From contig DAQX01000029.1 of assembly GCA_002503055.1 (NCBI GenBank), forward strand, positions 2,674 through 66,673: DNA of 64,000 nt. The letters are read 5' to 3'. Made by a program: the position numbers and the translations under genes. Numbering within the stretch: the first letter of the stretch is position 1; the number at the start of each line of letters is the position of its first letter. This document shows positions 29,585 through 37,227 of the stretch, one piece after another. The notes beneath the pieces are model-generated. The model saw only the letters and a list, made by a program, of their open reading frames with translations, had not been told where the DNA came from and made no database searches. Source of the DNA: Euryarchaeota archaeon UBA86. Its GTDB lineage: Archaea; Thermoplasmatota; Poseidoniia; Poseidoniales; Thalassarchaeaceae.

Positions 29585-30645
29585 CTTCATCTCTTGCGAC
29601 CTATACGAATCTACGAGGCAATAGTATGGATGAAGGATTACTCGAGCAAACAGCGAATCAGTTAGTAGCTCCCGGAAAGGGGATTCTAGCAGCAGATGAG
29701 AGTAATGGTACGATGTCCAAGAGATTGGCCGTAGTAGGCGTTGAGCCTTCTGCTGAGACAAGACGCTCCTACCGTGCTAACTTACTATCCACCGATGATT
29801 ACCAGTCCGCTGTGTCTGGAGTGATTCTGTTTGATGAGACAATTCGGCAGGACATGGATGACGGTTCATCAATCGTAGATGCCCTAAATGCCATAGGAAT
29901 TCATCCCGGAATTAAAGTCGATACAGGAGCGAAGGAACTGGCTAATCACCCGGGTGAGAAGATTACTGAGGGACTAGACGGACTTAGGGAAAGATGCTCT
30001 GGATACTTCGCAATGGGTGCAAGATTCGCTAAGTGGCGCGCCGTAATTAAAATCGGGGACGGAATGCCAAGTAAGGCCTGTATCTCAACAAATGCTCACG
30101 CCTTAGCGCGATACTCAGCAATTTGTCAAGAGCAGGGATTGGTCCCTATAATCGAACCAGAGGTATTGATGGACGGAGATCACGATGCTCAGAGATGCTA
30201 CGATGTAACTGCGGAGATTCTAGACGCTACATTTGCTGCTTGCACAGAGCAAGGAGTTCACATTCCCGGAGCACTACTCAAGCCGAACATGGTGATGGCG
30301 GGCTCGGGCTGTTCGAATCAAGCAACACGGGAAGAGGTGGCTAAGTTAACTGTGGACTGTTTGACCAATCATGTCCCTCACGACCTTCCTGGTATTGTAT
30401 TCCTCTCAGGTGGACAGTCTGATGAGGACGCAACCGCACATCTCAATCTGATGAATAAGATGAGCGTCAATCATCCTTGGCAATTATCCTACTCCTATGG
30501 AAGAGCCCTGCAAGCCCACGCACTCAAGACCTGGGCTCAAGGAGGCCCCGAGTCAGCGGCCGAGAGCCAAGAGATGTTTGCTCACAGGGCGAAGATGAAC
30601 AGCCTAGCCAGGAGTGGCGATTGGAGTCCGGACCTAGAGGTCTAG
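29581..30645 (+). CDS. Fructose-bisphosphate aldolase, class I
   Basis: GKGILAADES, the Schiff-base Lys context (LLKPNMV) and FLSGGQS. The ATG overlaps the glpX stop (ATGA). An alternative start lies at 29626. Confidence 0.85.
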   Translation: MTSSLATYTNLRGNSMDEGLLEQTANQLVAPGKGILAADESNGTMSKRLAVVGVEPSAETRRSYRANLLSTDDYQSAVSGVILFDETIRQDMDDGSSIVDALNAIGIHPGIKVDTGAKELANHPGEKITEGLDGLRERCSGYFAMGARFAKWRAVIKIGDGMPSKACISTNAHALARYSAICQEQGLVPIIEPEVLMDGDHDAQRCYDVTAEILDATFAACTEQGVHIPGALLKPNMVMAGSGCSNQATREEVAKLTVDCLTNHVPHDLPGIVFLSGGQSDEDATAHLNLMNKMSVNHPWQLSYSYGRALQAHALKTWAQGGPESAAESQEMFAHRAKMNSLARSGDWSPDLEV

Positions 30646-30650
30646 TTTAT

Positions 30651-30902
30651 TCAATTCTCTTCGAGAGCCCCGGGGCGGAGTTGCCAGACACAAATCTCGT
30701 AGCGTCCCGATAGAGCACCACCTCTCTTTGTGGTTGAGACCTTCATGATGTCCTTATCCTTTGAGAGGACATTGCCCAACTGCTGAGGAGTCGTTCCGTG
30801 ACGCATAGTTGAGTTTACATGCTCTAGTATTTCGGTGGTGTTCGCTTCTCCTCTGTCATCGAGGAACTTCTTGATCTTCTGTCTTAGTCTGGTTGTTCTC
30901 AT
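30651..30902 (-). CDS. Small basic wHTH-like protein, paralog A
   Basis: 83 aa and K/R-rich, with AGGAGAG upstream of the ATG. It shares the pattern LRxxIxK(F/Y)LxxRxxNTxEIxxxVNS with the gene immediately upstream. Confidence 0.6.
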   Translation of the reverse strand: MRTTRLRQKIKKFLDDRGEANTTEILEHVNSTMRHGTTPQQLGNVLSKDKDIMKVSTTKRGGALSGRYEICVWQLRPGALEEN

Positions 30903-30903
30903 A

Positions 30904-31257
30904 TCACTCTCTCCTTTCTTTGGGACTGTCTCGCTCGTGGTGCCTTACCCACTCGTCGGTAGCCCATTCCGACAATGGCGGCGAATTCCCAGTCATCCCA
31001 CTCTTGTGAACAGTTCCGATACGAACTAATGTCGCATCAGATTCCATAGCGGCAGTAATTTCTGAGCTGTTCGAAGGGTTGTTCTGAGAATTCACCCAAG
31101 CCGAGATTTCCGCAGTATTTCTTGGCCTTTCAGCTAGATACTTGCGGATAATCGACCTCAATTGATCTTTACTCAATTTCCTTCCTCCGTCTTTATTCGG
31201 ACCCCGGAGAGGCCCGATGCGCTTAGGATGGCGGGCGCTGATATAACCGTTCTGCAC
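30904..31257 (-). CDS. Small basic wHTH-like protein, paralog B
   Basis: The ORF opens at GTG 31257. A TTG at 31176, preceded by GGAGG at 7-nt spacing, would give a ~90-aa product collinear with paralog A. The stop is 1 nt from the paralog A start. Confidence 0.55.
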   Translation of the reverse strand: MQNGYISARHPKRIGPLRGPNKDGGRKLSKDQLRSIIRKYLAERPRNTAEISAWVNSQNNPSNSSEITAAMESDATLVRIGTVHKSGMTGNSPPLSEWATDEWVRHHERDSPKERRE

Positions 31258-31312
31258 GAAATAATGTAATTTTGTTACATAATGTTGCAGAAAAATGACC
31301 TATTTCCATCAT

Positions 31313-31385
31313 TGAACCAAGTGTGGAATTGGAACTAGTTATTTTTCCATTGGAAAGGTGTAACTATATGTAACTAAAATATAGA
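31313..31385. promoter_or_regulatory. Array of TTCCA/TGGAA pentamers including a perfect TTTCCA-T-TGGAAA palindrome, plus a TGTAACT direct repeat
   Basis: TTCCA occurs at 31314 and 31355. TGGAA occurs at 31334, 31340 and 31361. The palindrome spans 31354-31366. TGTAACT occurs at 31369 and 31379. All lie in the AT-rich divergent intergenic spacer. Confidence 0.45.
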
Positions 31386-31431
31386 ATTAAATACAACTCA
31401 CTAAACTCGTTACTCAAGGAGAGCGAAAGTC

Positions 31432-34041
31432 ATGTCCGAGGAACCTCTAGAGCCTCGAAAACGAGGTGAGGAGGTTGATCTAATCAAAATTCGAAGTAAA
31501 CACAGACGAAGGCTACTGAGTAGACTGACAGAAGGAGGGGCGACCGTAAGCGAACTAGCCAACGATGTTGACCTTAGAGTCCCTCATGCTTCTGCCGAGT
31601 TGAAGAGGCTGAGAAACGATGGACTAGTCTCCAGTGACCAGTCAGAAGGAAGTCGTGGTGCTAGTATGCACCTGACGCAGTTGGGTTGGGAGGCAATCCG
31701 TTCCGATGAACTATCTCGAGCTATGGAGGCAAACCCACTCCCTCCAAATTCGGAAATGTGTTGTTTGCTTTCTCGTGATGGGCCCAATCTCTTGCTCGGG
31801 GTTTTGCAACCAATTCAATCACCAATCATTCCAATTCCAACTCGACCTCCGAGAGAGTCAGGAACGCACTCTTCTTCCACAGGAAGAGAAGGGGTCCCTT
31901 GGACCTGGGCCGTGTTCAGAGAGAGAGATCCGCGATGGTTCGATCTTAGTACAATGGAACCTGCAATCAACATCCCCGAGCCCAATAATCCCGAGAACAT
32001 CGACACATACTCTTCCCAGTCTAATATTCTAGGATTAATTCGTGCCCGTTTATTGGACTATGAAAGACCAATAGCAATTGCTCCCGGACAATGGTTTGCT
32101 GAACCATCATTCCTACCTTCGCCTCCTCTACCAGAGAGAAATTACCATCGTGGCGAATGGGCGCTTGGTGCCTGTCACCCGAAGTCTCCTGAGGTTAGAC
32201 CTAGGATGCCCATAGCCGCCGTTTTATCTGAACGATTACCTAGGACAATGATTCTGCGAACTGCTCGATTGAACTCCCTGGTAATTGCAGATCTAGGTGG
32301 CCTTGATATCATAGGTGAAGAATATCCTCTGGGCGCTTTGGCCCATTGGATAGAACGCGCTCATCCTAGATTAGAAGAATCTGAGAGACAGCGCCGATTG
32401 CTCTCTTTAGAAAAAAGAGTCAGTAAAGGAAGAGGGAGGACCGACGACTCTACTTGGAGGAGATTCAGAGCAGATTGGGGCAATGCACAATTTGTGGAGG
32501 AAACAGACTCACTCAGACAACTCGACATCAGAGGCCTTGGAACTGCAGCATCTCAAGCATTGATTAAGTGGGCACTAGAGGACTACAATGCCCTACCTCT
32601 AACGCTTGAAATTGGCCCACAGTCTCCTGATGATTTAGTCTCTGCAATCGCGACACATCCTAATCTCAGACTTATTCTACTGGACTCTGATTGGTCAGCC
32701 TTCTCAAGCTTCGACAAACTGGAGAGCGATCCAATCAGACCACTTCCTTGGCTCAAGCTCACTACAGAATCGGAAAGCACCCTATCCATCAGACTCTTAG
32801 ATCCAATTCAATCTCAACCGACAACAGTATCGGATGACTTACAATCAAGGGCGTTAGATTCACTAGGTCCTGTTGCAGAATTACTGTCCTACTCTGAGGA
32901 TGAGGATTCGGTCATCATGTCTGCAATCTCTCAACATCCCGGCGGGAATGAAGAATGGGCAAATCAAATGGAGGCGAGATATCCACTGGCCGCATGGATT
33001 GCATCTCCTCCGAGGACTCGATGGCCTCGTTGGCAGAGACTCAGAGGAAGGTTGGATTCGGATTGGTTGGTTCTTTTGGGCCTAGATGATCTACCTCTTG
33101 AGAGACTATCTGAGATAGCAGACGAAGCGCCCGACTCAGTGTTGGGAGATTTCTCCGTTAAACTAGAACAGATCCTACGCTCTAACCCTGAAAAGGCACT
33201 GAGAATGCGCCCTGCTTCAGATCCGAAGAATGCTAGCAGAGGAGACTCCTGGGTGGCAGCCCAACTACTGTCTAATGCGCCTTGGCTCTCAGATAATCTT
33301 CACTCCGATTTAATCAGTTGGGCACTTGACGCTTGGTTGTGCCAACCTCCGATTGAATCCATGACAGCTCTTGAGGGAGTATCTTGGCTCTTCTCCTCCG
33401 AGAAACGCCAAGTCGAATTTAGACCTATTATCGAGGGTATTCAGAGTGTTGGGTCCCGGTGCCCGGAGGGGCATGAGTTGAGGATTTGGTCGAGTCTCGC
33501 TAAGGGACTTAATGACAATTCAAAACTCACTACTATGGAATTGAAGAGTATACTGAAATTACCTCCGGGATGGTGGGGGCCAATCTCATCAGCTATCCTT
33601 TCGACAATGCTAGAGAATGAGGAATCCACGAGCTGGATTCTGTCGAATCCAATTCCATGGTGTGCTGCTATCCTCAGACCTGTAGGAGAATCATGTGATG
33701 CCCCTGGATTGAATGACTATCGGCATCCGGGTTGTAACCCAGAGTTGTTATCCATGTTATATCGCCGACTCAGAGGAAGGAGCCAAAATGACGAACTCTC
33801 TGATTCAGCAGACTCAATCATAGATCTTCTCGATGCCTTGGACGCCGCAGCACGTGGCACACCCCCTCAACCCGGTAGGACTCACTCCTATTCTGGATGG
33901 CTAGCCCAACCTATTGAGGAGTGGCCGATTATCGATACTGAGGCGGCTTTGTTGGGGGACCCTCATATCTCTGAGAGAATTATTCTCAGGAAATCAGGAT
34001 ATCGTGTCGAATTCGGCTCTCTGGGCACTATTTCTGGCTAG
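31432..34041 (+). CDS. 869-aa protein: N-terminal ArsR-type wHTH, remainder unknown
   Basis: An AAGGAGAG RBS sits 9 nt upstream of the ATG. Residues ~20-95 (RRRLLSRLTEGGATVSELANDVDLRVPHASAELKRLRNDGLVSS) look like an ArsR/wHTH domain. I saw no Walker or nuclease motif in the rest. The protein is W/R/P-rich, in contrast to its acidic neighbours. Confidence 0.75.
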   Translation: MSEEPLEPRKRGEEVDLIKIRSKHRRRLLSRLTEGGATVSELANDVDLRVPHASAELKRLRNDGLVSSDQSEGSRGASMHLTQLGWEAIRSDELSRAMEANPLPPNSEMCCLLSRDGPNLLLGVLQPIQSPIIPIPTRPPRESGTHSSSTGREGVPWTWAVFRERDPRWFDLSTMEPAINIPEPNNPENIDTYSSQSNILGLIRARLLDYERPIAIAPGQWFAEPSFLPSPPLPERNYHRGEWALGACHPKSPEVRPRMPIAAVLSERLPRTMILRTARLNSLVIADLGGLDIIGEEYPLGALAHWIERAHPRLEESERQRRLLSLEKRVSKGRGRTDDSTWRRFRADWGNAQFVEETDSLRQLDIRGLGTAASQALIKWALEDYNALPLTLEIGPQSPDDLVSAIATHPNLRLILLDSDWSAFSSFDKLESDPIRPLPWLKLTTESESTLSIRLLDPIQSQPTTVSDDLQSRALDSLGPVAELLSYSEDEDSVIMSAISQHPGGNEEWANQMEARYPLAAWIASPPRTRWPRWQRLRGRLDSDWLVLLGLDDLPLERLSEIADEAPDSVLGDFSVKLEQILRSNPEKALRMRPASDPKNASRGDSWVAAQLLSNAPWLSDNLHSDLISWALDAWLCQPPIESMTALEGVSWLFSSEKRQVEFRPIIEGIQSVGSRCPEGHELRIWSSLAKGLNDNSKLTTMELKSILKLPPGWWGPISSAILSTMLENEESTSWILSNPIPWCAAILRPVGESCDAPGLNDYRHPGCNPELLSMLYRRLRGRSQNDELSDSADSIIDLLDALDAAARGTPPQPGRTHSYSGWLAQPIEEWPIIDTEAALLGDPHISERIILRKSGYRVEFGSLGTISG

Positions 34042-34075
34042 AATTTACGATTTCTAACAACCGTGAGGTTCTTGA

Positions 34076-34380
34076 CTACCCCCCATGGCCGTAGAATGCC
34101 CGTGCTGCAACACCGTGGTGACGAAGCCCCACGCCGGAGGAATAGTATGAACCAAGGTACCAAGCACGGGTCGCCACTTGTCGAAGACCAGTGTGACTGT
34201 CTGCAACGGAATGATCACTGGAGCAAAGCAGGTGGCCGGATTGTGAAAGGTCCCCAGATGACCGTAAGGAATGAATCATGGAACTACCCCACAATCCGAC
34301 AAACGTCCCGGGGTGGGTCAGGCGCCCGAGCTTTGCTGTGAAGGCCGCCGTTACGCCCCGGGGCACACAACCACTGGAGG
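34076..34380 (+). ncRNA. Candidate structured RNA, class unresolved
   Basis: By hand count GC is ~59% here, against a visibly lower level in the flanks. The only ORFs are R/S/G-rich and unlike the local proteome. Complementary segments are 34099-106/34163-170 (8 bp), 34237-245/34290-298 (9 bp), 34222-229/34330-337 (8 bp) and 34188-193/34216-221 (6 bp). The G-U pairs at 34098/34171 and 34314/34355 work only on the plus strand. Boundaries are approximate. Confidence 0.4.
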
Positions 34381-35404
34381 TGGAAAGATACACGAGGTCG
34401 GCCTAATCGGCGGCACCTTCGACCGTTTCCATATCGGACATCGCAATTTGTTTATTTCCGGATTGTCAAAATGTCAGGCCATAGAGGTCTGGATTACCGT
34501 TGACTCAATCGCTAGAAAGAAAGACATCAGAATCAATCCCTGGGAACAAAGAGTGGAAGAAATCAAACAGGCTCTAGATGCATATTCCGAACGACTATCG
34601 TTTCATAAATTGACCAATCTACACGGCCCCGCTCCAACACATGAACAGGCAAGCGCGATTATATGCACATCAGAGACCATGTCAGAGTGTGAGGAAATTA
34701 ATACAATGAGAGGCGAATCAGGACTGTCCGAACTCGAGATAATTTGCGTCGAACACACCACATCTTGGGATGACTTTCCAATTTCTAGTTCTAGAATTAG
34801 AAATGGAGAAATTGACCGAGAGGGAAAACGCTGGATACCTGAGTCTTTCGAGACAAGCGTGATGATCATGACTTCTGAGGTTGAAGCCGAATTGAAGGAT
34901 CCATTCGGAGAATTGATTCCAGGACCAGAGGATAATCCCAGTGTGGCCATGTCAGAAGTACTGGACCTGACTAAGAACTCCCACGGCCCACTAATCGCAG
35001 TAGGCGATGTTACCGTTCGGACCTTACAAGACATCGGTAGAACGGCCGATATTGGGCTAATTGATGGTCGTACAAAGAGACAAGTTTGGGTTGGTGCCGA
35101 CGGAATTGATCCTTCTCTTTATGATTTGGAATTTGAGTGTACAAGCCCTGCAGGCCAACTCACTCCTTCTTTGCTCAATTCATGCCAAACAGCAATTACT
35201 TCTTGGACCGAGGAAGACAAATCCTCGTTGATTATTGTGGAAGGTGAGGAAGATCTAGCCCCTCTTCTCCTTCATCCTCTTGCACCCATTGGCTCAGTCA
35301 TTCTGTACGGTCAACCCGGTAAAGGAGTGGTAATCAGAATATGTGGAGAAGACGCTAAGCAACGCTGCCGCAGATTGCTAAGCGGATTTGCTACCAGTGA
35401 GTAA
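34271..35404 (+). CDS. Fusion of archaeal phosphopantetheine adenylyltransferase and DUF359-type (GTP-dependent) dephospho-CoA kinase
   Basis: The N-terminal domain has the cytidylyltransferase motif GGTFDRFHIGH. The C-terminal domain has LKDPFGELI...VGDVTVRTL...GLIDGRTKR, as in the DUF359/TK1697 family. The true start is uncertain (ATG 34271, GTG 34313 or later) because the 5' end overlaps the candidate RNA. Confidence 0.8.
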   Translation: MNHGTTPQSDKRPGVGQAPELCCEGRRYAPGHTTTGGGKIHEVGLIGGTFDRFHIGHRNLFISGLSKCQAIEVWITVDSIARKKDIRINPWEQRVEEIKQALDAYSERLSFHKLTNLHGPAPTHEQASAIICTSETMSECEEINTMRGESGLSELEIICVEHTTSWDDFPISSSRIRNGEIDREGKRWIPESFETSVMIMTSEVEAELKDPFGELIPGPEDNPSVAMSEVLDLTKNSHGPLIAVGDVTVRTLQDIGRTADIGLIDGRTKRQVWVGADGIDPSLYDLEFECTSPAGQLTPSLLNSCQTAITSWTEEDKSSLIIVEGEEDLAPLLLHPLAPIGSVILYGQPGKGVVIRICGEDAKQRCRRLLSGFATSE

Positions 35405-35935
35405 TCAAGCGGCGTCTTCTAGGGTGTGGATACCGACTCCAAAACTCACCAGAATCACCATCACAGCATAGACTCCGGGGTCGACCCATGTGGTGTTCAT
35501 TGAACTCCAAACAATGTAGAACATAACTCCAATGACAATCATCCAACTTGCCATAGTTCTTCTAATTCCATTCTCGGATGATAGAAGGCTAGATGCTACC
35601 GGTCCACTAGACAAACCTCTGAACCACTCCGCCACACCTCCATCGAAGCACTTCTTCATACCCATGGAGCCTAGGACTAACAATGCTACACCGAGCAATG
35701 CGAATACCATGTCATCCATCACAACTCCAGAACCATCGTGTGGAATATTTGAGGCAGCACTATCTCCAGAGATGAATCCAATCCACATCACCTTGAATCC
35801 AGGAGAGTAAGCTCCGATTGTGATGTTGACAACGGTCAGTAGAAGCACCCATGCTCCTAGCACCATTGTCAAAGTAGACATGACTTGACTCGGTCTGCTC
35901 AAGGACTCTCCCCAGTCAGTTCCCTGCATGGTCAT
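35405..35935 (-). CDS. Hypothetical polytopic membrane protein
   Basis: 176 aa with 4-5 hydrophobic helices. I recognise no family. Confidence 0.55.
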   Translation of the reverse strand: MTMQGTDWGESLSRPSQVMSTLTMVLGAWVLLLTVVNITIGAYSPGFKVMWIGFISGDSAASNIPHDGSGVVMDDMVFALLGVALLVLGSMGMKKCFDGGVAEWFRGLSSGPVASSLLSSENGIRRTMASWMIVIGVMFYIVWSSMNTTWVDPGVYAVMVILVSFGVGIHTLEDAA

Positions 35936-35988
35936 CGAGGCGGCGACCTTACATCTTGGTTTAATCGTTGTCTGAGGGGGAAATCCAC

Positions 35989-37227
35989 TCAGAGTTGACT
36001 CTGTAGGTTGTATCTGCCAAGAGCAGCCTCGGCAATAAGTGGCTCAGACTCGCCCATTATCGAAATTGCATCAACACCCTTAGGTATTGCAGAGTTAACT
36101 TGCTTACTTCTTCCGCCCCGCCCTTTACTGACATTTCTAGCCATAATTATTCCCAAGGTGTCAAGCTCATTGAGTAGCGATGAGATTCGCCTAGGTGTAA
36201 GGGCCTCGACTGAGATCTTCATACACGCGTCGCTGTATGTCCTGTAAGTTTCTCCAGTAGAGATGTTTCTCATACCATTGTCCTCATTCAACTTGATTGC
36301 AAGGACAAGCAACTTCTGATGCAGAGGCAGAGTCTTGAGCACTGGAGTGACCTGATCGTACTCCAATTGACTCTGAGCCAACCGTACATGCCTTCTATCA
36401 ACAGTCTTCTGAGACCTCTGCTCGGCCTTCTGAACAGAGATGCGCAACAGGTCAAGAGCCCTGCGAGCGTCACCATGTTCCTGAGCAGCTAAGGCCGAGC
36501 AAAGCTCCAAAACTCCTTCCTCAATCACATCTTCACGCAAGCCAGTATTGACTCGTTCACTGAGGATATCCTGGATCTCAGGAGCCCCATAGGGGTGGAA
36601 TACCAAGTCCTCCTGACTCAATCTTGAGGTCACTCGTGGATCTAATTGCTGGGTGAAGTTGAGGTCATTACTGATACCAATAATGCAACACCTTGAATTC
36701 CTGAGTGAGGTATTGAGACTGGTCAAATTGTACAGTAAACCGTCACCAGCTCTTGAGACCAGATTGTCTATCTCATCTAGCACGATGATGTGAACTCCTC
36801 CTGCTCTATCCATCCTAGAAATCAATTCCTCAAGCACTCTATCAGTGGGCCAACCCGTGAATGGAATTGGAGTATCTCCTCGCCTCCCCAACTTACTGGC
36901 AATAGTCTGTACAACTCTGTACTTTGTGTCTACATTTCGACAGTTGATTTCGTAGGTCTCAACACTCTGTCCCATCTCCTCGCCCTTGTCGAGCAACTGT
37001 CCGAGAACAAATCTAGTAACAACAGTCTTGCCAGAGCCAGGGACTCCGTAGAGCAGCATGTTAGAGGGTATGTGTCCGTTGAGGGCGTCAACTAAGTTGC
37101 GAACCAAAGACTCGACCTCATGGCCCCTATGAGGAAGCCTCGTAGGCTCGAACGCGTGATCGAATGCACGCCTATCAACAAAGAGACAATCTTGCCCGAG
37201 AATTTTCTCGAAAATGTTTCCATCCAT
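35989..37227 (-). CDS. orc1: Orc1/Cdc6 replication initiator
   Basis: AAA+ Walker A (LLYGVPGSGKT), Walker B (IIVLDEID) and sensor regions, with a C-terminal winged-helix segment. 412 aa. Confidence 0.9.
   Translation of the reverse strand: MDGNIFEKILGQDCLFVDRRAFDHAFEPTRLPHRGHEVESLVRNLVDALNGHIPSNMLLYGVPGSGKTVVTRFVLGQLLDKGEEMGQSVETYEINCRNVDTKYRVVQTIASKLGRRGDTPIPFTGWPTDRVLEELISRMDRAGGVHIIVLDEIDNLVSRAGDGLLYNLTSLNTSLRNSRCCIIGISNDLNFTQQLDPRVTSRLSQEDLVFHPYGAPEIQDILSERVNTGLREDVIEEGVLELCSALAAQEHGDARRALDLLRISVQKAEQRSQKTVDRRHVRLAQSQLEYDQVTPVLKTLPLHQKLLVLAIKLNEDNGMRNISTGETYRTYSDACMKISVEALTPRRISSLLNELDTLGIIMARNVSKGRGGRSKQVNSAIPKGVDAISIMGESEPLIAEAALGRYNLQSQL

Noticed and set aside
30651-34041. Integrated virus/plasmid or genomic island explanation for the wHTH module.
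   Set aside because: The region has no integrase, transposase, capsid or terminase gene. It has no adjacent tRNA target. I could see no flanking direct repeats. GC content is not visibly different from the surroundings.
34076-34380. Specific assignment of the candidate RNA to SRP (7S) RNA or to RNase P RNA.
   Set aside because: For SRP I found no helix-8 GGAA tetraloop / AGCA motif and no long terminal 5'/3' helix. For RNase P I found several motif-like strings, but I could not pair a P4 helix. The best CR-V-like string (ACACGAGGUCGGCCUAAUCGG, ~34391-34411) is also the codons for the conserved PPAT N-terminus. The class is left open pending a covariance-model search.
34063-34393. 92-aa plus-strand and 105-aa minus-strand ORFs in the GC-rich segment.
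   Set aside because: Their composition (R/G/S/H-rich, basic) is unlike every confident protein here, and they overlap each other. The segment is better explained as non-coding, so it is reported as a candidate structured RNA.
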